From NCBI GenBank assembly GCA_037447605.1, contig CM074816.1, positions 1,888,525 through 1,952,524 on the forward strand: a stretch of 64,000 bases of DNA, written 5' to 3'. The notes beneath the pieces are model-generated. The model did no database searches, was not told where the DNA came from, and worked only from the letters and a program-made list of their open reading frames with translations. The stretch comes from Zygnema circumcarinatum SAG 698-1b. Its lineage: Eukaryota; Plantae; Zygnematophyceae. Numbering within the stretch: position 1 is the stretch's first letter; every line of letters starts with the position of its first letter. The translations under genes and the position numbers were made by a program. Positions 1-15,519 of this stretch are shown here, in pieces.

Positions 1-533
1 AGCAGGCCGGAAACTTCAAACCAGAAACCGCGGCAGGTTTTTTGCTGCAAACCTGAAGACGAAGACTTTGCAAACTGGTTTCCAAGTTGTGACGTTGTAC
101 GGTTGAGGAATTGTTGGGAAACCGGGAATTCGTACCTGAAAAAAAAACAAAATTCTACACTATTGGTCCTTCAGTGACCGGGACATTTGGAAAATTGATC
201 TCCAAATGTTGAACGTTCCATGTTGCAATTCCATGCGAAAAGAAAATTCAAATCTTAAAAAAAAATTGAAATGTACCTACAATGCTGGGGCTCCGGCTCT
301 TCGCCTTCTTGCCGGCGGCTCCGTCGAAGAAGGTGAGGCGTCGCGGCCCTCCTTCAGGCTATGGAGGGCGCCCTCTCCCGCTCCGAGCTCGCCTCGCATC
401 CTCTCCCTGCTTCCATGGATTATTATACATACGTATTCTGTTTCTGTAGGCATGTACTCTGCATCAGTTTAGAGGACGAAAAGCTCAACGAACAAGGAGA
501 GGAGAAGAGGGAATCAAGTCACGGGCTGGTTCG

Positions 534-5909
<5,376 letters not shown>

Positions 5910-6600
5910 ACCTGAGAATGTATGTACAAGGCCAGAGTGGGAATTATTATGGAGACACTGCTTAAGGTGGAAACCAAGTGGAGGGGGGCTGGGGAAGGCT
6001 CTACTTCGCCGAGCCGTGAAATTTGAAGGTCGGCGAATGTATTCAAGAAGTGAGATGTAGACCATAGCTCGTGTGTCGGAGTCCCTTAGGTTGTTCTCAT
6101 GACAGGTCGACCTTCATCACAAATTTGCTCTAAAAAGGCTAAAGAAGGAGATTTGTGCTACTTTGGCTCGTTTTGGAATTTACGATTAATGCACCCGGTT
6201 CCTATAAAGGGAAGTAAGTTAGAGATGATCCATAGAGCGCTGATTTGTGAAGTTCTATGTTAGCTTTGTAAATACCGGCAGAGTGCATGCGCCCATTTTG
6301 GCACACATGGCCTTAGATTTCGAGTGTCTTATTTCTATACCTTACTTCGCGAGACCCAAATGTTAGACTGAAAACGTCCAAAGTGCCCTGTCATGAAGTC
6401 GCCAATGGCCATGCGATGTTCCAATTGTCGGGCGGGCGAGAAACAATTTCCGCAATGACCGAACCATCCCATGTTCACGGCCATCAACAGGAACATCACA
6501 ACACGGAGATTCAGGAACCACGAGGAACCGGCCGGCCGGCCCCCCCGGGCCCAAGGCCCCCCCCCCTCCCTTCCCTCCCTCCCTCCCTGCAGTCCAGAGA

Positions 6601-6835
6601 GCGCCGTGCGCCGTCGATCTTGGTAATGGACGGGCAGGATGCGCCCCAGAAAGCGCGTGGTGGTAGGTGGCCGCACCGTGATAAGGATGGACCCGCCGCG
6701 CGCCGTCGATCGTAGAAATGGACGGTCCGGATGCGCCCCACGAAGCGGGTGGTGGTGGGTGGTCGCACCGTGATAAAGTTGGACCCTCCACGCACCGTCG
6801 ATCTCAATCATGGACGGCCAGGATGCGCCCCGGGA
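6601..6835. repeat. GC-rich tandem repeat, 91-92 bp unit, about 2.5 copies
   Basis: The anchor cgtcgatc recurs at 6613, 6704 and 6796, each followed by atggacgg...ggatgcgcccc. gcaccgtgataa follows in the first two copies. Confidence 0.85.
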
Positions 6836-6984
6836 CACGCGCGGAGGGCCCGTGAAGGGCGCGTGCAGGGCGCGTGCCAGCGCGCAAAAGCGGGCGAAGG
6901 CCAACCAGAGCGCGCCACGTCGTCACAGTTGCCACGTGGCTTGCTGAGATTACAGTAGTTCCATCAACGCAGGAGCCCCCCCGG

Positions 6985-6990
6985 TATAAA
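6985..6990 (+). promoter_or_regulatory. TATA box of the 7093 gene, with G-box GCCACGTGGC about 50 bp upstream
   Basis: tataaa at 6985-6990, followed by a pyrimidine-rich 5' leader and an ATG at 7093. Confidence 0.6.
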
Positions 6991-7092
6991 GCGCCCTCCA
7001 CTCTCCCTCCGCCTCACTTTTGCACTTTCGGTTTCGCTTTGACTTCCTGCTTTAGCTCTGTGCTCTGCGCTCGTCGCTCTCCGCTCTCGGCC

Positions 7093-9145
7093 ATGGTGGG
7101 AGGGCGATACGGTGTCCACCGTCCCTTTCCCACTCCTGCTATCTCTCACTCTTACTCTCGCTGGTCCTATCCCATTTCGTCAAAGACGGAGGAGCGTGTG
7201 CGTGAGCTGTCGCTCAGTCAGCTGAAGCTCCTCGTGCTCTACTGGGGCTTCTGCACCTCCACCGACTGCAACGACCCCGAATTCTACCGCCGCCCTGTCC
7301 TCGAATACGTGCGCAGCCGGAACCTCGTCGGCCTCCCGGACCTGCCGCCGCCTCCTCACAGGACGCAGGTCGTAGGAGACGCTGCCGTTTTCCGCGTAAC
7401 GGAGCAGCGCGTGCGGGCGATCTCCACCGAAGGCCTCGTATGTCTTCTCCAGGACTGGGGCGTAGAATCCAGATTCAGAAAAAACAATCGTGAGTTGCTG
7501 CTCCGTCTTGCGCTGTGCTACGCGAAAGAGTACTTCGTCGATCAGTTGCCGGGCGGCAACCCCTTGTACTCCTCGCCCGGCTATGGGCTGCCTCTTCTTC
7601 CCTCGCAGCAGCGCTTTGAGGAGGCCGAGCCTGCACGTTTCTGCCAAGGAGGTAGGCACTGGCTTGCCTTTAGTGCTAGGAGCAGCAGGCGGGTCCTAGA
7701 AGCCGCATTAGTAGGGTGTGCCTTGATGCAGGATTGAGATGCGTTGTACACAACCCTTGTGTTTTGACGCAATTGGACGTCTTTAGGCGATCCAATCCAT
7801 GTTGATGGTCTTGCAGCGCAGCGCGTCCTGACCTTGCAAGTGTCGTTTCTTTGTGCGCAGCGTGAGCACCCATTCACTTCGCAGTGCACCCGCTGGTCGA
7901 CGTACCGGAGCAAATCCCGTTCTCTGTTAAGACGGATGTTGAGCAAGAAATTGTGGCCGAGTACATTTTCGTTCCGGTCGTAGTTCTGCTTTTGAATTTA
8001 TTCGTGTTGGCCCTGCGGGGCAAGATCTTCCCGATGGCCCGCTGGGAGTTTCTCCAGTTGGTGGTCTTCCTTGTCGTTACGGGAGCGATCGTCCACAGCT
8101 TTTGGAAGCTGCAGATGAGGAGGAATCTGAAAAAGCTTTCGCTCAAGTATTATAACAAGGTAATGAGTGCTCCTCCGACGCATTCACTTTTTCCATTGCG
8201 CGATTGTTTCATTTGTGTAGTAAGTCAAATGTTTCTTTCAAGCCTAACGATAAAAAGTATTTTGTTTTTCCCATGTTGCAGAACCCTCACTTGGAGGATG
8301 CTTCACTCAGAAGCCTTTATACCTCAGAGAAGAGGACGCGGGAGAATTATTCGGCATACCAAACAGGTTAGTTTGGACCACTGACGGCGATGAATGATTC
8401 TTTCTCTTCGACGGTTGAGTGAGTGGGCGGGTGTGGTCTCTGCTGCAGGATTAGAATGGTCGGAATGACTGAATGAATGCGTTGGGTGTATCTCTGTGCA
8501 GTTCTGCCGACGAGTGCAAAGAAAGCTGAAGACGACTCTATTTTTCGCTCGGCCGGTTCCATGCTGTTGGCGTTGGTCTTTGCGTCAATGAAGGTCAACA
8601 TCTTTGTCATGTCCAAATGGGACATTTTTCAGTTCGCGCTCTCCCTTTTCCTTTACGGAGTGACAGTCTACAAAGTCTCCAATCTGCTGATGAGGATGAA
8701 GTTGATTCGACTTTTTCACCGGATTTATACCACGGTACGTGCACCTCCCGTCCGCCTGCATTTTTGCCTCAAAGACGGTCTCTTTGAAAATTGATCATGC
8801 AGTCTGTCTGCTTTAGATACCTGTTTTGAGGTCGATGTACTGCGGGAATGAACGGTGAGATGAATGGATGAATTGAATGAGTGAATGGGCGGCGGGCGTT
8901 TGCGTTGGGTGGAGCAGGCTCTGCGAGAGCTGGAGGGGCGCGGCTATGGGCCCGAGCCGTTTGTGACGGCGGACGAGCTGCGGGAGTGGAGCCTCTCTGG
9001 GGGGGCGGAGAAGGGGTCGGAGGAGGAGGAGTACGCGTGCTGGCTGTGGCCGCTCGCGTTCGAGCGCCTCTTCAGGCACTCGCGGGTCGGCGTGTGGGAG
9101 CTCACCCTCAAGGTGCCGCTTGTGACACTCAGCTGGCGGAAGTAG
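7093..9145 (+). CDS. Hypothetical multi-pass membrane protein with two N-terminal helical repeats and two duplicated hydrophobic hairpins
   Basis: Exons 7093-7650, 7885-8160, 8282-8366, 8502-8733 and (less certain) 8917-9145 join in frame through GT-AG sites. Coding-like GC-rich composition and a TATA box upstream. Confidence 0.65.
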
Positions 9146-10368
9146 GCCTCGCCTCTCCTCTCCTCTGGGGGGCCGCAAGGCGCGCCGCGCAGGCTTCCAA
9201 GCCTCGAGGCCCGCTCGGAGGGCAGGGCAGGGCGAGGGCGAGGGCAGCCCTTGGGAGCATGGAAGGGAAGGGAAGGGAAGGCGCCGTTCTCTGCGCTTCA
9301 CTTCTGTTCACCGTTCAGTTCAATTCGTTGTGTACAGTCGGAGGAGTGGAATAAGCGGAGAGAGAGAGAGAGAGGGAGGGAGGGCGGATCAAGTCTGCTT
9401 GTTGAGGGAGGGAGGGAGGGAGGGCAGCAGGGCCATCATCATCATCATTGGCCGTCTTTTTTATTTTTTATTTTATTTTTTCACTCGCTATTCAGTTTCA
9501 TTTTTCATTTCAGGTCCAATTCAGATCAGTGAAAATTTTGACTGAAACTGAATAGTGAATAGTGACAGCAAGTTTGTTGCTTATTGTGCGGCAGCGTCAT
9601 GGTCGCTGCATTTGTTCTGTTTAGGTCCTTTTTTTTGAAGTTCTAGGCTCAGTTTGCTGCAGCGCCAACATCGTTTGCATTGACGCTTTTGTTTTTTTTT
9701 TTTTTTTGCTGGCGATTTTGCGCCATTTTATTCTAAATGTCGAGCAGTTCAAAAAGGGTCGTTCTCTCTTTCTCTCCCCTCTCTCTCTCTCTCTCCCTCT
9801 CTCTCGTTCATTTTCTCTCTCTTTCTCCTCTCTCTCTTTTTTTCTCTTCCTCTCTCTCTTTTTTTCTCTTCCTCTCTCTCTCGCGCCTCCCTCTCCCTCT
9901 TTGTCGTCCTCTCCCTCTTTGTCGTCCTCTCTCTTCCATGTCAGGCTTGTGGGATGTGATGTGATATGGTGCTTATGCGTATGCGATGCCATGTCATTCG
10001 TTTGCTCATTTGCTTCTCCTTCACGAGCCAGCGCTTTCCCGATTTGCGAACCACCCTTACGTGGAAATTGAATGGGCAACCTCTTTCTTTTCGGGATTGA
10101 AGGAAAGCGGATAGGAAAGGATTTGCGGAAACAGTGCGCAGGTCGAACGCAGCGAGCACTGAACCCGAACAGCAGACAGGGCACGCCATTGAATTCAATG
10201 TTTGTACAACCATTGGTTGGTGGACCCAGCCAACCATTGCCAGTGTTGCAACAAAGCCAACCATTGGTTGGTGGACCTCGCTGGACATTGGCAATGGTTG
10301 TAGCCGTTCCTTGGCGGACCAAGCCGACCATTGCCAACGGTTTCGGACCGTTATACGGCCAAATCATC

Positions 10369-10633
10369 GGCTGATGATGTGCCAGCCATTGGCTGATGGT
10401 GTGCCAACCTTTTGCTGATGATGTGCCAGGCATTTCCTGATGATGCGCCAACCATTGGCTGATGATGTGCCAACCAGTGGCTAATGTTGTGCCAACCATT
10501 GGCTGGTGATGTGCCAACCATTGGCTGATGATGTGCCAACCATTGGCTGATGATGTGCTAACCATTGGCTAATAATGTGCCAACCATTGGCTGATGATGT
10601 GCCAACCATTGGCTGGTGATATGCCAACCATTG
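10369..10633. repeat. 22-bp minisatellite (gccaaccattggctgatgatgt), about 12 copies
   Basis: Direct reading of tandem units. Looser copies of caaccattggttgg occur at 10207-10290. Confidence 0.95.
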
Positions 10634-11131
10634 CAACCATTGTTTGTCAATTGGTCGAACCATTGTTATCGCCAACCGTTGCGATGGATTGGCCAGCCAA
10701 ACCGTTGGCAAACAATGGTTTTCGTCTACAGTATACAGAATTTTGCATGCTTCAGTATACAGAATTTTGCATGCTTCTGAATTTTTCTATGTTCCGCTCC
10801 CACCTGAACGATGAAGGATCAAAGTGGAACCCATCAACTCAGTCAGTCAAGTCAGCTCTCTACCCTGAAATGCGACGTAGAATCTAAGGTCCACCTGTCC
10901 CTCCCTCCCTCCCTCTGCTCCAAGCTCTCCCTCGTCCGTCTTTAAGGGGAAAGAGATTTTCAAAAGCGTACAAGATGTTGCGAAAATCGTCCACGAAATC
11001 TGTCTACAAGCTCTCGTAACCTCCTCGTGATCTTCAAAATAACGATTATTAAGGGTTTATTTGATTACGTTTTCGGTTCCGGATGACCTGCATGTGGAGA
11101 GGTCTGAAGATCTCCATGTTTCCGGCAGAGA

Positions 11132-14100
11132 ATGGCTATCCGCAGCTCCTTTCTTCTTATGTCAAGCCTCATATGTGCTGCCGGCATTCTGGGAACTGGC
11201 AGCATCCTTCTGGCACTAGGCACTCTGCTAGGCGAATCGTCTTCTGCTTTGCGGCTTTTGCCTCCGTTCCTCTTTTCAGTAGCAACTCGCTTGCACCGAT
11301 CTTCACGGATTTCAGAGAGCAAACGTTCGCTGTTTCATAGTAGTTACCAGCTGCAAGATGCGGACATTTCTCCCATTCTGTCAGATGGCCATCTTGAGAA
11401 GGCGGAGGCTTCACTTAGTGAGTCAGGATCCGGAAGCTGGAATGCAGGAAATGGATCCTTGGAAGACCAAATTCAAGAAAATTCGCATTTGCAGAAGTTT
11501 TCGAACAATGCATCAATGCTTCCAGACTCTCTGCTTCCAACGATAAACTGGTCTACGGAAATTGCAAAAGCTCCTGCAGCCTTTCCTAGCAGTACAAGGG
11601 ACCTTCACAAAGGGAACGAAACATCAATATCCAGTAGCGGAGTTGTGCCTCGTGGATTTGCCTCCAGCATATCTTCTGACTCACTATCAGATCAATCAGG
11701 CAGTGGAAAAACCTCATTTCATCAGTCTCAGCTGTTTTCTCCGTCATTTGACCCTAGCGAAGAATCTAGAGGCGACGCTGCCCGTTCTAGTGATTCAGGT
11801 TCAAACATCCAAACTAGTATCAGAGTTGCGGAAATGGTGAAAGCCGAGCCCCTAAGAGTGTATGTGTACAACTTGCCAGCTAACTTCACTTGGGACATAC
11901 TGCGAGGCATCAGCGAAACAACAGTCCTTGTTCAGGGGCCTGGGGTTTTTCTGGACGATGTGTATGGAACAATCGACGAGCAATCCTGGGGATGGGTGGG
12001 AGGCCAAAGAAACGCTTCAGTCCTTTTGCCAGGTCCACCATCTGATCCCCACGTGAGTGTTCATTGGCTCTCCAGCGCGGACTTCCGTTCAACTTCGGTG
12101 AAACTAGGAGTTTTTTTGGACTTTTTTCTCCTCTGAATGAATATGAGCGTTTAAGCTTAACGGTGAATTTCCCTTCTAAATCTACGATGACTTTGCCATG
12201 TATCTGAAGAGTCCGATGTGATTCTGTCAAAAGTTCAAGCTTCGCTTAACCTTGAAAGTCAAAGCCTTGTTTTCTTCAGATTTTCTCAGGTCTTTTGGCG
12301 CGTAAATGGTGACAGGTGGGTCTCCACGCTGTCGCCTATTACCTCCTTATATCTCTCTTCACGGGGCTCAACTCTGTGAGACGAGTGGCCCACCCAGAGG
12401 ACGCAGAGCTTCTGCTACTCCCTGCCTTCACATCCATAGCATACCTCCGACTTCGGGGCAATCCTCATCGACGTGATCGAGATGAGTAGGTGGAGAGCCT
12501 TAGCCACCATACCTTTTGCTCTCGAGCTCGTTTTTGCTTTCGCATTGCCCTTTAACACAGCTCCTTATATGAAAGGTTATTTTTTTCCGGGAATTCTGAA
12601 TTGAGGGAAAGAGTGTGCAATGAATATTTGCTGCTAGTTTCACGGTTTCGGGCATTTTCGGCTATTACGGTCCTACTGGTTGTTACAAACCTCTGAACGA
12701 GTTGAAGCTGAAACAGAGCAGGCTTTTCGTTCAGGGAACTGCAGGAAGACTTGTTTAAATGGCTGCAGCAGCAAGATCTCTGGCGGCGATGGGCGGGGCA
12801 GCGACACGTGGTGGTGGCTCATCACCCTCACTCGTCAGAGCATATTCTGCCACATCTTCATGGAGCCAATCTTGTTGTTGCAGACTTTTGGAGGCCTTCT
12901 TCTAGGGTGAGTTGTAGGTTCTCTGAAGAAGCGAAAATAGCTACATGTACCGACATATCCTGTGCTTGTTTTGAAGCATTTACCAGTATGCAGATACTGT
13001 TGGTTCTGAATGAGAGTTTTTTGTGGCAGGTTGACGCTTCAACTCGCCTTAGCAGGGATGTAGTGGCGCCATATCGAGTGTTTGTGGAGCCGTACTCTAA
13101 TGATACTCTTGGCTGGCGCGGTCGCCCAACATTACTCTTTTTTCGCGGAGGTACCAAAAGAAAACGCGTAAGTGAATGCGTTAGGAAAGTGGACTGCTGT
13201 ATGTAGCTGAATTTCTGTTGGTCAGCTCTTCAAGACTCTATGGAGAGCTAGCGGTAGCATTGACTCTGTGATGTGCCTTGCGAGGGATCGCAGCGTGGGA
13301 GAATTCGTGAAGAACTACAAAAGATGTTTGAAAACGAGAAAGACGTGATCTGTGAAGAGTCGAATTCACGACAGGAGGGAGCTGTTCAAGCCACAGCAGA
13401 GGGCATGCGCCAATCCAAGTTTTGCCTTTCACCTGCAGGTGAATATAGAGTTGCCGTAAAGTTGCAAATCGCTTTATGCCTTCATGCTTTTTATGCTGAA
13501 TCGGTCACTGTTCAGTTGCTCAGTTCAATAATGAACTTTTCTGAAACTGGCTTGTCACTTACCCTGAATTCCAATCCGACTGGAGCATGGCTGCCAGGGG
13601 ATACTCCCTCCTCCTGTCGACTTTTTGATGCAATTGTCAGCCATTGCGTGCCTGTGATTGTGAGCGACCGCTTAGAGCTTCCCTTTGAGGAAGTGCTCGA
13701 CTATTCACAATTCTCGCTCTTTATTGGGGAGGATCAAGCACTGGAAGCCGGCGTTCTGCTCGGCTGGCTAAGAAGCATCTCTCAACAGCAGTGGGAGGCT
13801 CTCTGGGAGCGATTAAAGCAGGTGCTCCTTGTCCCTTTCTTTCCTACCTCTGCTGCCTAAGATACAACTAGCATCTTAAAGGTTAAATGGGTGGATTTCT
13901 GTCTGCTGTCAAGCCAAACATGTTGTTAAAGAGGTTTTGTGGGTGTTGGAAAGGGAATGCAGGTGAAGCGCCATTTCATTTTTAGGGTTCCTGCGGAGGA
14001 GGGCGGTGCAGAGGACATGGTCTGGCAGGCCCTCTCTCGCCGAGCGAGAGAGGGAGGATTCAATGGCACGTTCCGGAAGGAGAGGAGGATGGTCCAGAAG

Positions 14101-14145
14101 GGGAAGAAGACGCAGCGCCTTCCGTCTTTCAACCAAGTTCTATGA
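11132..14145 (+). CDS. Exostosin/GT47 glycosyltransferase, ARAD1-like (putative arabinan arabinosyltransferase)
   Basis: N-terminal signal anchor, [68 protein letters not shown]. Seven exons; stop at 14143-14145. Confidence 0.9.
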
Positions 14146-14469
14146 CTACATGCAGGGGCTTACTTTGCTATGCAGTCAGGAGGTTAGCTAATGCCTTGCA
14201 GGCGAGTTGAAGCCAGTGAGATTGCAAGTTCAAGTTAGTTAATTTAGTTTAGTTTATATAAAAAAAATGGGGGGGCGCACCTTCATGTGACTGTAGATGG
14301 ACGGCTGGAAATTTGGCGAAATCTGCAAGGTTAAATAAAATGCATTCGGTCAAAGGAGAAAGTCGATCGTGCAGTGCCCTCTTTTCAAAAGAATATTTTC
14401 AGACCCTCCCGCTTTTATTTGACAAGACAAGGGATGGAATGCCATGGCTTGGACCCCACTTGCGGAGTA

Positions 14470-14965
14470 CAGTCTAATCACGTTATAGTGACACTGTTTA
14501 TAAGAACAGCATGGATATACTGACTTTTTTTCCGGGAACGGAATTGCACCACTGCAGACCCTGCGCCAGTAGTGACGCCACTACGGATATAACGACGCTG
14601 AAAAGCCCTAATTGTTACTATATGTTCAAAATGTCGATATTATCCACCCACGTATTGGAATATGCGTTACAAATATATTACGACCGTACACGTTATCGAC
14701 TAATACCGTCAGATATCGACTTGACCGTACATATCAACTTGTCCGTACATATGCTCAGTAGGGTTCGTACACACCTACCCACGTGACGACTGCCCAAAAA
14801 GTACAATGTACGGTATCAAAGGCGTACAGTACGGGTATACAGCAAAAACATATCTAATAACATTGTTACTATAAATGTGAAATGACAAACGGGTCATTAC
14901 CGATATAGTGACACAAACATGTGGGGAGTGGGGACCGACACAGTCACTATAACGTGATTAGACTG
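14470..14965. mobile_element. Non-autonomous Tc1/mariner(pogo)-type MITE, 496 bp
   Basis: Perfect 23-bp terminal inverted repeat cagtctaatcacgttatagtgac (14470-14492 / 14943-14965), flanked on both sides by TA (14468-14469, 14966-14967). No coding capacity. Confidence 0.85.
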
Positions 14966-15519
14966 TACTCGTTTTTCGCCCTGCTAGCGGAGTACTACCA
15001 AAAGTACTCCAGTGCTCTTTTGCTTCGATTGGTCCACGTGGACTCATGAGCACGTGACACGTTTCCACTTGGCTGGGAGGCAGCCGCGAGCGTTGCTGTT
15101 GTCTGTTTACTGTTCCTGTTACTGTTGCTGTTACTGTTGCTGTTAATGTTGCAGTTATCTTATGTACGGATAAGTGATCGTAACCGTACGGTGATTTGTA
15201 CCGAGCCAACTGCCGTAACGGCCACTGGTCAACTGCCATCCCATTCTGCTCAATGGAACCCTAATCCTACCCTTGCTAAAACTCTGACCTCGATTAGTTG
15301 GGTCCTGAACCACAATTTGAGATTTACGCCCTGTTTGTCTTCCCACATGTTCTCTCATTCTCGCTTCCAGCAAGAGGGAATCGTTTCCTGACACACTGAG
15401 GACTCAGATCACCAGCTTTTTCGATCAGAATGGCGTACAAAAAGTCATGATGAAAGCTAGATAAATAGGTAGAGGAGAAGGGGTCGAAGGAAGAGCGGAG
15501 AGTGCGTGGGAGAGACAAA

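Noticed and set aside
12-87. Imperfect nested inverted repeat at the window start
   Set aside because: Short, mismatched and possibly truncated by the window edge, so it cannot be classified.
6335-6958. Several overlapping 98-189 aa ORFs
   Set aside because: They are explained by the GC-rich 91-92 bp tandem repeat; the unit length breaks frame and no motif was recognised.
9621-10565. 314-aa minus-strand ORF
   Set aside because: It is a translation of the 22-bp minisatellite and a CT tract (HHQP/REKE repeats), with no domain-like content.
10369-10633. Regularly spaced repeats resembling a CRISPR array
   Set aside because: Units are head-to-tail with no unique spacers, the context is eukaryotic, and there are no cas genes.
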